64,000 nucleotides of DNA. Source: Dehalococcoidia bacterium (GTDB lineage: Bacteria > Chloroflexota > Dehalococcoidia > Lucifugimonadales > VXLM01). The notes below the pieces were generated by a model. It was not told the origin of the DNA. It made no database searches and was given only the letters and a program-made list of their open reading frames with translations. Below are positions 45,501 to 54,569 of this stretch, piece after piece. Location: assembly GCA_965220255.1 (NCBI GenBank), contig OZ244816.1, positions 2,376,491 to 2,440,490 on the forward strand, given 5' to 3'. The position numbers were made by a program, and so were the translations under genes. Position 1 is the stretch's first letter. The number at the start of each line of letters is the position of its first letter.

Positions 45501-45953
45501 GGCGACACCTCCCCGGATAACGATGTGTTGCTCGATGTTGGGAACATAGGCGAAGTACGTCCTGGCGTTGTCGTCGCCCGCAACGGCCTCGTCGCCGGTT
45601 GCCGTAAGGAACATCGTGGGAGTCTTTGCCGCGCTTAGCCTGCCCTCGACGAGCCAGTTTAGTCTGTCCCAAACGACTTGATTCACGACCCCCGAGACTC
45701 GATCGGCCTCTTCACGATTCACCGGGCCCCTCTGCCCCTGCATGATGATGTGCAGTTCGGCTTCGGAGTGCTGGTCCAGCGCGCTGCGCAGCGCTATCTC
45801 CCTGAGCGCGTCGAAATAGATCACCGTTCCCGACATGATTGACGACGCCAACAGCACGCCAAGGACGACCGAAGACAACAGTCGCCAGTGGGCCAGGCTG
45901 CGCTTCAGTACAAACTGCCAAGCGGAAATGAACCGCTGTACGGCTGAGACCAT
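42570..45953 (-). CDS. Very large ABC permease with two FtsX (MacB-type) domains and two large extracytoplasmic domains
   Basis: 1127 aa. FtsX signatures RRNEVALLRSRGANSTQI...MEG and RQLQFALLRTVGFSMRQL...LEQ, each preceded by a long soluble segment bounded by TM helices. Confidence 0.85.
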   Translation of the reverse strand: MVSAVQRFISAWQFVLKRSLAHWRLLSSVVLGVLLASSIMSGTVIYFDALREIALRSALDQHSEAELHIIMQGQRGPVNREEADRVSGVVNQVVWDRLNWLVEGRLSAAKTPTMFLTATGDEAVAGDDNARTYFAYVPNIEQHIVIRGGVAPGVSPVNAPGEPFTIEAMIPVEAAETFGTRIGDRVSAVLPWSDDLAHVEVVISAIFQREDPEAEVWQLEREVLEAATGTSFRTMPFHISEEAFLETLGPRLRRMEATYAWLLMTDADRVNARNSTSTLLDIRGTNALLSSTLSSFRQTTTLDNALDEYDRRLFFSKLPMFVVLVLIAIVILYYVATLSSLVVEDRRNEVALLRSRGANSTQILMVFVMEGLTIAALSVIFGPILAALAISVLGVTPAFSDLGADGLLSVSLSSGAYMMAALGGVLSFVALIFPAFRASQMSVTQERQRSARPTDLPFVQRYYLDVLLLIVGILLFRQLTEQGSVVARNLFGEIAVNQMLLAVPGIILVASAMVLLRLFPVVMNLASRLLSAWLPAGMVMGVWQMARNPAHYARLSLLLILTAGLGIFAASFSATLDRSFVERVLFFTGSDVRLNGNVPTSGFRRGLSPDDQFMSTSVLKDRYENLLGVEKVSLVRRSSGHDLSKLFGGTYDMVAVNPEDFLDVAWFREDFAGQPVDELISSLALEGGPEGLPIPNGSKHLTLRIKPDRPHPSVRMTARILDSRGRYYTYVLGELNFADWAELSVDLTAVGGRGQPSTAPSEPISLASVTIRERRGDRQLQPGSVLIDEIKAKTETGRTTVIESFNDVEGWSLLRTTETAIADVLRASDVGFEDESGSALFSWAEGAAASVRGIFPGQFTPLPVLASKGFNKNTGHKVGEEFDVSVSGHRVPVRIIDEMEFFPTMNLREKSFLVSDMSSLVKYASMGTLNSEVLPNELWISSTSTGAERAALIEELNTNGGFLIDSFQDRDALLAESKVDPLVKAGWRSLLFIAFSSVLVLSCLGFLVHAYISFRNRQLQFALLRTVGFSMRQLVTMVWLEQMLVILVGLALGTWMGGRLGAVIMPFLGHDDFGSQVMPPFAMQINWNVLILTYAIMFLVFAVIILGMIWLVNRISLQRVLRLGEIG

Positions 45954-46099
45954 TCCATCTCCCTTATACTGTGGGTCCCGCTAAGTCCTATCCCCACCGC
46001 TCGGATTGTAGCTGAATCGCCCCGGCGAGAAAAGTTTACTGCCTATTAGTACGCCCGTGACTCTCTAAAGTTACTATCCGTTCGATTCATGCCGGCGGT

Positions 46100-49000
46100 C
46101 TATGCCTCGCCGCTGCGTGCCAGTTCAAACAATTTCGTCTTGCCGATTGATCGATAGAGAATAAACATTACCGTTACGAATATCGCCAGGATCATTCCGT
46201 ATGTCGGAAGCATCAACGTCCAGTCGGTAACGAGAATGAACGGCGGCACTATCGACTGCCCAATGTCCGACACCGCCAGTGGCGCGACCATGAGTCGGCT
46301 CATCTGGAAGCCTGCCCAAGTCCCAACCCCAAGGCCAAGCGCCACAACGGTCAAGTGTTCAAAGCTGAGTAGTCCAAGAAGCTGAATCTTCGACAGGCCA
46401 AGCGACTGGAGGAATCCCATCTCGTGCTTGTTGCTCTCGCCCACCAGGAGCATGTACGCCACATAACCGAAAATCGCTGCCAGCAGCACTACTCCCAACG
46501 CCATGAACACAAGGGCCCTCCAACCGGCGTTCTGCAGCGGGTCTCTGCGAATCTCCTCCCTCTGCTCCGTGGTGTCGTTCACCTTGAGGAGGATCCTCTC
46601 CATCTCCTGAGAGATCTCCTCGACGATCTCCGGCGCTTCTCCTGTCTTCCTGAGATACAGTTCATTCGGGACGACGGATGAAAGCTGGCTCATCATGTTC
46701 ATGTACTCCAGCAGGGCATCGATGTCGGCCAGCATGAATCCTGAGTTCGCCGTATTGAGCGTTGGGAAGAGGTCGATCACTCCTTTGATCTCGATGGGGA
46801 CCAGCCAGCCCGAGACGCTCACAATTTGAGATACTCCAGGCCGCAAGCCCGTCGCCTCGGAGACGTCACGGCTGATGACTGCGGGAATTACGCCTCTGCC
46901 CGCGGCCTCGTATATCCCTCGTACAGATCGGTTTCTGTCTGTTCCGAAGGTGAAGACGCCGGCCCGTCTTCCCTCGTAAGGGTCGTCGGCCGCAGTGTAG
47001 AGAACGTCCGAATTAAAGAAGTTCGTGGGTATCGGCGACCAGACATTGGTTCCCTCGAACCCCTCCAATACCACCTCCGAGCCGTCCGAAAGGACCACGT
47101 AAACATTGTCGAACAGCACCGTTCCGGGCGTTCCCCCGCCCGAGGTCTGTGTTGTGGTTCCGGGCTCGTACAGCGATACCGCCATGAGGTTGAGAGGCCT
47201 GACTAGGTCATCGGGCAGGACGGTGCTCGCACTATGCCAATCGAGACTGCCCACATCTCCAAGGGATATGGTATTGACCTTGCCTTCTGCGTCTCGAATC
47301 ACCACCCAAACGGACATCAGAGGCTGCGGTTCAAGCGGCTTGATCCACAGACCGATGCTCTCCGAGTCCGCCGGGAGTGTGATTCCCCCCTGTTTGCCAG
47401 GCACTGCGATCAAGTCCATGATCTCTTCCAGTTCCAGGTCCGCGAAATCGTTGCGGAACCATGCGATCTCGGCGAACGCCTTAGGTTCCAGTGCCAAGAG
47501 CTGCATACTTACGCTGCCAAGTGACGCGCTTGACCGGTATCCGAGCGCTCCGCTGTCTATCGCCGGCGTCTCCACGAATTCCTCCAGCATGCCCGGAAGC
47601 CCCTTCTTCAGAAACAGCGGTGTGCCCTGGATTCGCATGTCGGTTGGAGTGCCGAACTGGATCTGTTCGTCCTGGCTGCGAGTCAGCGTGCCCCCCACCG
47701 TGGTCGCAAAGATACCGAGGCCCGTTACCAGCACAAGGAGGAGCACCAGCCACGTGTACTGCAGCGGATTTCGGGCCATGTGCCACAGGCTGATGGAAAG
47801 CCACGCAGGGGCCGATCGGATAACAAGCGAGAGCAGTTGGTACAGAACTTGGCCCGGCACAATTGCCAGGAGTCCGATCTCCGCGACGAAGAGTGGGTTG
47901 GACGGTTGAATATCCCCAGTGAGTACGTACCCCGCGATCGGAGCCGTCTGGACGGCCATGCCTGCCCATATCCACTTTCCATTGAGGTACCGCGAAGTTA
48001 CGTAGTAGGCTCCGCCGACTGCCAATGCGAGGGCCGCTGGCACGTATGCCTCGGAGACCATCCCGTCCTGGTAGCTCAGGAAGAGTGAGCCACCCGCCAG
48101 TGCCACAACGGAGAATCCCGCGATCAGATGAATGAGCCCGCGCGACTCACCGCCAATGTAGCGGACGAACAGGGGAAACAGCCGCATGAAGAATAAGGCA
48201 ACCACGATGAGAAAGAGGATCGGGCCAAACAGCAGCGTCTCGTTGACCTGGAGTTGGGTGAACAGGCCGCTCGAAACGATCTGCTCCCTGCTCTGAAGCT
48301 CCCAAAATACCAGCCCTCCGACGGCCACGAGCCCTACGTCGAGATAGTACCTGTGAAAGAACGACATGGTCGCCGGTCTTGCCGCCTTGACCCTTTGTAC
48401 GAGCAGACCACTCCTTGCGCCGGCTGCCCCGAAGGCCACGTACAGGAAAAGACACAGCATAGCCACTCCCGCGCCGATAGCGAAGGAGAGTGGATCAGCC
48501 CTGACTAGGAGAAGCTCGCCCCCGGTAGTAGCTCGAAACGGAGGCATGAGCCCGATCAGGGCAATCGTCGCAAAGGAGATCAGGGGTCCCAAGATGAATG
48601 CCAGCAGGCACATCACGACGCCCTCGATCGAGTAGAGTCGCAGAAGTTCGGAGATTCCAACCCCCCGCGTCCGCATTAGCGCCGAGTCCCGCTCTCTGCT
48701 CTTCGCTAGGTAGGAGACCATCATCGTCATGTAGAACAGCACCGTGACGACCATGATCGTAAGCAGGAAGAGCAGGGGAATCCTCGAGAAGAACACCCGC
48801 CTCCCAACGTTTGCGATCAGCCCGCGAACCGTTCCTGAGCTAACGGTCGCGCCGACAATCGAATTGTAAATGTCGTCTTCAAGCAGATCCAAGCGGTGGA
48901 TGAATCCGGCTGCTGTCCAACTGCTCAGCTTTTCCTTATCGATCTTTCCAAAGACGATGGGATTGACCAGCGTCCTCTCGTATGCGGGCCCAATGGCGTC

Positions 49001-49792
49001 CGTCAAGACCTCGATACGAACGAAGAGGCCGATTGCCAGGTTCTGGTTTTCGTCCCACAACACACCGTCGGGCGGCGGGAATCCCGATTCCTCGCCACCC
49101 TGCGCCGGTCTGGATTGGGAGGTGAGCACGAGCGCAGCCATCGACCAGAACTCGTCCGAGAGATCGTCGGCTTGAAAGACCCCCACGATATTTACCGTGA
49201 TCCTCGTTTCCACGAACGCGTCCACGGCCACGACGACCGAGTCTCCGACGCCAAGTTCCGAATCATCGGCCACCTGTTCCGATATCACCGCTTCAACCGT
49301 TATCCCGTCGGAAGTCTCCGCAACCTCCGTGCTTGGCGCCCGACCATCTACGAAGACCGATCGATTTTGGAAGTTGGTCAGGGTGTGAAAGAACCCGTCC
49401 AAGACCACAGGAAGGGACTCTTGGTCGCCTACGGCCGGCAGAGGCAATTCATCCGTCCCTACGATGGACGCGGTGCCCCTGAGGTACATCTCCTGTCCCG
49501 CGTACAGGTCCTCGATATGCTCCGTAGCTATCGAATGGACGAGTTGGTCCAGTTCGTCCACGGCCTCTGTTGTAAGGGGAATGCGCTTGGCGAAGACGCT
49601 CAGGTTGAGCTGGGGCGCGGGAATCTGGTTGAGTGACACCCGAAAAGCCAGCTGTTCAAGGGCGGTGAGGTATACCGTCGACCCCACACTGATCGTCACG
49701 GCGACAAGTATGCCGATGAACACGCTCGAAAGGAGCTTCCACTCGTCCAACAGTCGATTGGACACGAGTCGTGCGTTCGTTAGTTTGCGCAT
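46100..49792 (-). CDS. Very large ABC permease with two FtsX (MacB-type) domains, extra central TM helices and two large extracytoplasmic domains
   Basis: 1230 aa. FtsX signatures RERDSALMRTRGVGISEL...IEG and NKHEMGFLQSLGLSKIQL...FEH. Confidence 0.85.
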   Translation of the reverse strand: MRKLTNARLVSNRLLDEWKLLSSVFIGILVAVTISVGSTVYLTALEQLAFRVSLNQIPAPQLNLSVFAKRIPLTTEAVDELDQLVHSIATEHIEDLYAGQEMYLRGTASIVGTDELPLPAVGDQESLPVVLDGFFHTLTNFQNRSVFVDGRAPSTEVAETSDGITVEAVISEQVADDSELGVGDSVVVAVDAFVETRITVNIVGVFQADDLSDEFWSMAALVLTSQSRPAQGGEESGFPPPDGVLWDENQNLAIGLFVRIEVLTDAIGPAYERTLVNPIVFGKIDKEKLSSWTAAGFIHRLDLLEDDIYNSIVGATVSSGTVRGLIANVGRRVFFSRIPLLFLLTIMVVTVLFYMTMMVSYLAKSRERDSALMRTRGVGISELLRLYSIEGVVMCLLAFILGPLISFATIALIGLMPPFRATTGGELLLVRADPLSFAIGAGVAMLCLFLYVAFGAAGARSGLLVQRVKAARPATMSFFHRYYLDVGLVAVGGLVFWELQSREQIVSSGLFTQLQVNETLLFGPILFLIVVALFFMRLFPLFVRYIGGESRGLIHLIAGFSVVALAGGSLFLSYQDGMVSEAYVPAALALAVGGAYYVTSRYLNGKWIWAGMAVQTAPIAGYVLTGDIQPSNPLFVAEIGLLAIVPGQVLYQLLSLVIRSAPAWLSISLWHMARNPLQYTWLVLLLVLVTGLGIFATTVGGTLTRSQDEQIQFGTPTDMRIQGTPLFLKKGLPGMLEEFVETPAIDSGALGYRSSASLGSVSMQLLALEPKAFAEIAWFRNDFADLELEEIMDLIAVPGKQGGITLPADSESIGLWIKPLEPQPLMSVWVVIRDAEGKVNTISLGDVGSLDWHSASTVLPDDLVRPLNLMAVSLYEPGTTTQTSGGGTPGTVLFDNVYVVLSDGSEVVLEGFEGTNVWSPIPTNFFNSDVLYTAADDPYEGRRAGVFTFGTDRNRSVRGIYEAAGRGVIPAVISRDVSEATGLRPGVSQIVSVSGWLVPIEIKGVIDLFPTLNTANSGFMLADIDALLEYMNMMSQLSSVVPNELYLRKTGEAPEIVEEISQEMERILLKVNDTTEQREEIRRDPLQNAGWRALVFMALGVVLLAAIFGYVAYMLLVGESNKHEMGFLQSLGLSKIQLLGLLSFEHLTVVALGLGVGTWAGFQMSRLMVAPLAVSDIGQSIVPPFILVTDWTLMLPTYGMILAIFVTVMFILYRSIGKTKLFELARSGEA

Positions 49793-50043
49793 CTCTTACA
49801 GCGGGACAACAGCGTTCCGAATGCTCCGGAAAACGCCTGCCAAGCGAGCACACGGATGCCCCATGTGGATCTAGTCACTGATGTGCTCGGCGGAGGGATT
49901 CTGGGCGATACTGTCTTCTCAGAAGCATCATTTATTTGGGCACCTACACATATAGTACAAACGAGACGGTCAAGAGGTTGAGGTGCATTATACTCCATGC
50001 GTAATTCGTCTGGGTTCTCGGAAGGGCGATGCCCTCAGGCATG

Positions 50044-51426
50044 TCAGCCACCTCGGCTCTCCTCGGCAAGGAGCCGCGCCACCTCCTGTCTCATGAATTC
50101 CTGCACGGCTTCCACTAACTCATCCGACGTGTTGCCGATGACTCTCGACTCCAGGCCATGATCGCCGAACCCGAATTGCAGCTCGTGCCGAACGTGACGC
50201 TCCGGCCCGTCGTAGTAGTATGGCCGGTTCCCTCGCAGGTTCTCATGGATGTCGGGGTCGTCCGCATCCGTGCGGTAGATTATCGGATTCGCCATCACCA
50301 CCTGTGGCACGTCCGACCCATACTCGACCGGCCGAGTCTTCACACGGAAGTCTCCAAGCATCGTCTCGTCGGTAATCTCCGGTGCCCACATCGTCATTGA
50401 ATACGTTTCGCCCCGTTCTACCCATGGGCGTATCTTCCTCTGCACCTCCACGAAGGCATACCACCTCTTGATCTCCGGGAAGTGGTTGGAAGCGTGGGGC
50501 ATCTTGTCCTCGTATTTCGACACGTCGCCTCCCGCCCGAAGGTCGTTGAACGCGATGAACCAGTTCGCGTAGTCTCTCGCCCCCCGCGACATTCGCATCA
50601 CCAACCTGTCCTTGCCCTGTCCCACGTTCCGCGCGTCGACGACGATCACATGCGGCATCTCGCTGCTGAGGTACCGAATCGTTCCACGGTCCGGACCTGC
50701 GCGGACTCCCGATCTCAGGATCATGTTCGGCACCGTCAGGCGAGTCGACCTGTGGGAAGGCACGCGGGGATACACGATCGTGAAATCGTCCTTGAGATGC
50801 TCCTCCAGCGGCTCGACTCCCCACTGCCTTCCATACCGGTCGTTGCCAATGATGACTATCGGTCGTGTTGTCTCCTCGCGGAATTTCAAGAGGAATCTCA
50901 GTAGCGTATACGCCTCGTATGCCACCCTCCTCGCCTCTACGAGGTTCTGCCCGTCGAGAACGAACTCTTCGTACGTCTGCGGACCGAGCAAGGGCAGCTT
51001 TATGAACTCATCGTAGGGAGCACTGGTATATGGGTCGAAGTCGGGCTTGATCTCCTCGTGATAAGCCCAGTTGAACCTGTGGTATTCGAGGTCGCGCTCC
51101 ACCTCATTGCTGGGATCGAAGCGACCCACTCTCGTGTTCTTTCGAAGCCGGTCGATCTCCGCCAGCTTGTCGTCGAGAGCCCCCGGCTGAACGAGATAGT
51201 CCTTCAGAACCGGCGTCAGGGTCACGCCGTCGTGATTCTGCCGGTTGACCCAACCGTGCCACTCCGCCAATCGCTCCAGGTCGTCGGTCGCCTCGTCAAC
51301 AGAACGATCACTGAGGAAAGATTCTATCCACGCTTCATCAAATTCAAATCCGTACCGGCGAATACTGCCATTGCTCTCTTCGTTCAAACGATCGACAACG
51401 GATTGGATCTCGGCTATTTTGCTCAT
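50044..51426 (-). CDS. Hypothetical soluble protein, no recognisable family
   Basis: 460-aa ORF with host-like GC and codon usage. No signal peptide or TM. No motif I can name. Confidence 0.6.
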   Translation of the reverse strand: MSKIAEIQSVVDRLNEESNGSIRRYGFEFDEAWIESFLSDRSVDEATDDLERLAEWHGWVNRQNHDGVTLTPVLKDYLVQPGALDDKLAEIDRLRKNTRVGRFDPSNEVERDLEYHRFNWAYHEEIKPDFDPYTSAPYDEFIKLPLLGPQTYEEFVLDGQNLVEARRVAYEAYTLLRFLLKFREETTRPIVIIGNDRYGRQWGVEPLEEHLKDDFTIVYPRVPSHRSTRLTVPNMILRSGVRAGPDRGTIRYLSSEMPHVIVVDARNVGQGKDRLVMRMSRGARDYANWFIAFNDLRAGGDVSKYEDKMPHASNHFPEIKRWYAFVEVQRKIRPWVERGETYSMTMWAPEITDETMLGDFRVKTRPVEYGSDVPQVVMANPIIYRTDADDPDIHENLRGNRPYYYDGPERHVRHELQFGFGDHGLESRVIGNTSDELVEAVQEFMRQEVARLLAEESRGG

Positions 51427-51520
51427 CTCGTCTCCACGCTCGAGGTGTTGGCGACAATACCCTATGCCATTGCGCTGCAGCTTTCTACCCTAACGGAACC
51501 GAATACGGCCCCGAACGTGT

Positions 51521-51730
51521 ATGATTCACACCGAACCGAGCTCGACATGGAGGACGCTCGTGACACTCTACTGGATATTCGTAGGACTCTTCGTATTCTC
51601 AATTGCCATTTTCACCTTTGCCGTCTTCACGGCGAACGTCTCCCTGGGCGCCCTCGGTGTAATCATAGTCTTCCTCCTCTACCTGTTCCGACGCTGGTTT
51701 CTGCCGGAATCTCCGGATGACACCAAATAG
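51521..51730 (+). CDS. Candidate small two-TM membrane protein
   Basis: 69-aa ORF with two hydrophobic helices (LVTLYWIFVGLFVFSIAIFTFAVF and LGALGVIIVFLLYLF). Confidence 0.3.
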   Translation: MIHTEPSSTWRTLVTLYWIFVGLFVFSIAIFTFAVFTANVSLGALGVIIVFLLYLFRRWFLPESPDDTK

Positions 51731-51849
51731 TGAGAGTCGGTAGGGCACAACAGGTCCGATGACCTGGCTGCAACTGCCGAACCGGCTGCCCGAATTTTCA
51801 TTGACGAAGCAACCTTGTGCGTGCTAGCCTTATACTTGCGTAACATTCG

Positions 51850-52187
51850 AATACTTGAAGTATGCGTCGAAGGGGAGTAGTAACGGGAAGCGCACGATAG
51901 AGAACGGGGTATTTTGGTGGAAGCCCCGGCGTGACAGCGACCGCGAACTCGCCCCCGAGCATCCTGCTTGATACCGGACATCGCATCAGGTGTGATTCCG
52001 ACATAGGGCAGGGCGGTCAGGCCCCGTTACGGCCCGGCTCCACGGAGCCATGAGTGTCCTCCAAGCACCCACACAGGGTCTCTCCCCCAAAGTGAGAGAT
52101 ATGGACATGGGTCGGAGGGAACGAGGGTGGTACCGCGGGAATTGTCTAATCAGCAGTCCCGTCCCTTTGGTGGGACGGGACTTTTTG
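51850..52187 (+). promoter_or_regulatory. T-box leader (tRNA-sensing riboswitch), probable Leu (CUC) specifier, controlling the ilv-leu operon
   Basis: Stem I elements: GAAGGGGAGTAGTA, AG bay AGAGA at 51899-51903 and distal loop TGGTGGAAG. Candidate specifier GAA-CTC-G has CTC at 51948-51950. The conserved T-box sequence GGGTGGTACCGCG lies at 52125-52137, and a terminator follows directly. Confidence 0.75.
52155..52187 (+). terminator. Intrinsic terminator of the T-box leader
   Basis: An 11-bp perfect stem agtcccgtccc / gggacgggact with loop tttggt, followed by TTTTTG. Confidence 0.8.
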
Positions 52188-52243
52188 CTTAGTACGACAG
52201 AACGGTGGAAGAAAATACTCCGAGCAAGGGAGGTGCGAAGATC

Positions 52244-53974
52244 ATGGGAATCCGACTGAATGGATCACAGTTACTGTGCGAAAGCCTAGTACGTGAGGGC
52301 GTCGTAGAGATCTTCGGTCTTCCCGGCGGAGCAATCCTGCCTCTCTACCAGACCCTGCCGGAGTACCTGCAGCTCCGACACATCCTGACTCGTCATGAGC
52401 AGGGAGCCGCCCACGCCGCCGACGGTTACGCCCGCGTAACCGGCAGAGTAGGCGTATGCTGGGCCACGTCCGGCCCCGGAGCCACCAACCTCATAACCGG
52501 CATCGCGACCGCCCAGATGGATTCCGTCCCTGTCGTCGCCGTCGTCGGACAGGTGGCGCGCGCCTCCATCGGGACCGACGCCTTCCAGGAAACCGACACC
52601 ACAGGCATCACTCTCCCCATCACCAAGCACAATACGCTGGTGATGGATCCCATAGAGATACCGCAGGTGGTCAAGGAGGCTTTTCACATCGCCAACACCG
52701 GCAGGCCCGGCCCTGTCGTCATCGACGTGCCCAAGGATGTGCAGACCGAGGAGGTTGAGCTTCCCTACGAGACGTTCGATGAGTACTACGAAGCCCTGGA
52801 GATCGACCTGCCCGGCTACAAGCCGAACCTGAAGGGCCACAACAGCCAGATCAAAAAGGCCGTCAATCTGATAGAAGAGGCCGAACGGCCTGTCATCCTA
52901 GCCGGTCACGGTATCGTCTTCTCCGGGGCGTATGAAGAGTTGCGCGAACTGGCTGAGAAGGCGCAAATTCCGGTCATAACGACCCTGCTCGGCATAAGCT
53001 CGTTCCCCGACGATCACATCCTTTGTGTCGGTATGCCGGGAATGCACGGCATGGCCTACGCCAGCATCGCCATCGAGGAGGCCGACCTGCTCATAGCCCT
53101 CGGCATGCGCTTCGACGACCGAATCACCGGCAAGCCGAGCGCCTTCGCTCGGAGGTCCAAGAAGATTCACATCGACATCGACCCCTCCGAAATCGGCAAG
53201 AACGTCGAGGTCGACGTACCTATCGTGGGAGACCTCAAACGTGTGCTGACGAAGCTCAACCCGCAGGTCAGCGAAAACACCCACACCGAATGGCTCCAGC
53301 GCATCGAGGAACTCAAGGCGGAGCATCCTTCTCACAACATTCGCGACGCGAACCAACTCCTGCCGCAGCTCATCGTCAAGGAGCTGTCCGAGGTTACGGA
53401 AGGCGACGCCATCGTCGTGACCGGCGTCGGCCAGCACCAGATGTGGGCCGCCCAGCACTTCACCTACAAGTACCCCTGCTCCTTCATCACGTCGGGCGGC
53501 TCCGGCGCGATGGGCTACGAGGTGCCCGGCGCGATGGGCGTACAGGTCGGCGCGCCCGGCAAGGCCGTATGGTCGGTTGCGGGAGATGGTGGATTCCAGA
53601 TGACCATGTGCGAATTAGCCACCATCGTCGAGAACCGTCTGCCCGTGAAGTTCGCCATCATCAACAACAACGTGCTCGGTATGGTCCACCAGTGGCAGGA
53701 ATTCTTCTACGACAAGAGCTACGTTGCCACGGCCTACACCGCGAACCCTGACTTCGTGAAGCTCGCCGAGGCCTTCGGAATCAAGGCCATGCGCGTCACC
53801 GACAAGGTGCAGGTGCGAGGAGCCATCGAAGAGGCTATGGCGCACGACGGACCCGTAGTCATCGACTTCATCGTCGAGGAAGAGGAGCGCGTCTATCCCA
53901 TGATCAAGGCGGGAGGCACCATCGAGGACCTCGTCGAGGAACCCGACTTCGCCCCGTGGGAGGTGGCACGATGA
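52244..53974 (+). CDS. ilvB: Acetolactate synthase (acetohydroxyacid synthase) large subunit
   Basis: ThDP-enzyme pattern: FGLPGGAILPLY, HEQGAAHAADGYAR, GPGATN, and the ThDP motif GDGGFQM...NN. ATG at 52244 is preceded by AAGGGAGG. Confidence 0.95.
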   Translation: MGIRLNGSQLLCESLVREGVVEIFGLPGGAILPLYQTLPEYLQLRHILTRHEQGAAHAADGYARVTGRVGVCWATSGPGATNLITGIATAQMDSVPVVAVVGQVARASIGTDAFQETDTTGITLPITKHNTLVMDPIEIPQVVKEAFHIANTGRPGPVVIDVPKDVQTEEVELPYETFDEYYEALEIDLPGYKPNLKGHNSQIKKAVNLIEEAERPVILAGHGIVFSGAYEELRELAEKAQIPVITTLLGISSFPDDHILCVGMPGMHGMAYASIAIEEADLLIALGMRFDDRITGKPSAFARRSKKIHIDIDPSEIGKNVEVDVPIVGDLKRVLTKLNPQVSENTHTEWLQRIEELKAEHPSHNIRDANQLLPQLIVKELSEVTEGDAIVVTGVGQHQMWAAQHFTYKYPCSFITSGGSGAMGYEVPGAMGVQVGAPGKAVWSVAGDGGFQMTMCELATIVENRLPVKFAIINNNVLGMVHQWQEFFYDKSYVATAYTANPDFVKLAEAFGIKAMRVTDKVQVRGAIEEAMAHDGPVVIDFIVEEEERVYPMIKAGGTIEDLVEEPDFAPWEVAR

Positions 53975-54534
53975 CCACGAACGGCACCACCGTCCAGAAC
54001 CATACCATCACCGCCCTCGTGAGAGACAAGCCAGGTGTCCTGAACCGCGTTTCCAGCATGTTCCGCAGGCGCGGGTTCAACATCGTCAGCCTTGCCGTCG
54101 GCCACAGCGAAGAGCCGGACCTCTCGCGTATGACCTTTGTCGTCGAGGGCGACAAGCGCACCATCGAGCAGGTCAACAAGCACCTGCACAAGCTCATCGA
54201 CGTCATCCGCGTCTCCGAGGTGTCCAGCGACAATGTCGTATCGCGTGAGCTCGCCCTCATCAAGATCAGGGCCACCAGTGAGACCCGCTCAGAGATCATC
54301 CAGATCGTCGAGATATTCAACGCAAAGATAGCAGGAGTCTCCCCGGACCACCTGATCGTCGAAGTCACCGGCGACCAGGACAAGATCGAGTCCCTCCTGG
54401 GTCTCGTGAAACGCTTCGGCATAATGGAAGTTATGCGCACCGGCACCATCGTCATGGAACGATGGATAGGCCACATGCACGAACAACAGACGGGAGCCAG
54501 GGGTCGCAACTGGGGCGAAGCCGCATCTGTGTAA
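53971..54534 (+). CDS. ilvN: Acetolactate synthase small (regulatory, ACT-domain) subunit
   Basis: [38 protein letters not shown] overlap with ilvB. Confidence 0.9.
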   Translation: MTTNGTTVQNHTITALVRDKPGVLNRVSSMFRRRGFNIVSLAVGHSEEPDLSRMTFVVEGDKRTIEQVNKHLHKLIDVIRVSEVSSDNVVSRELALIKIRATSETRSEIIQIVEIFNAKIAGVSPDHLIVEVTGDQDKIESLLGLVKRFGIMEVMRTGTIVMERWIGHMHEQQTGARGRNWGEAASV

Positions 54535-54569
54535 TCTCAAACCCAACAAAACGGAGTCTAAACAAAAAA

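Noticed and set aside
49987-49992. Perfect TATAAT on the minus strand upstream of the first large permease gene.
   Set aside because: I could find no acceptable -35 at 16-18 nt. A single hexamer match is too weak to report as a promoter.
51801-51846. TTGACG and TATACT/TAACAT hexamers upstream of the T-box as the operon promoter.
   Set aside because: Spacings between the candidate -35 and -10 hexamers are 24, 20 or 10 nt, none near the 16-18 nt optimum. The promoter is probably here but I cannot place it.
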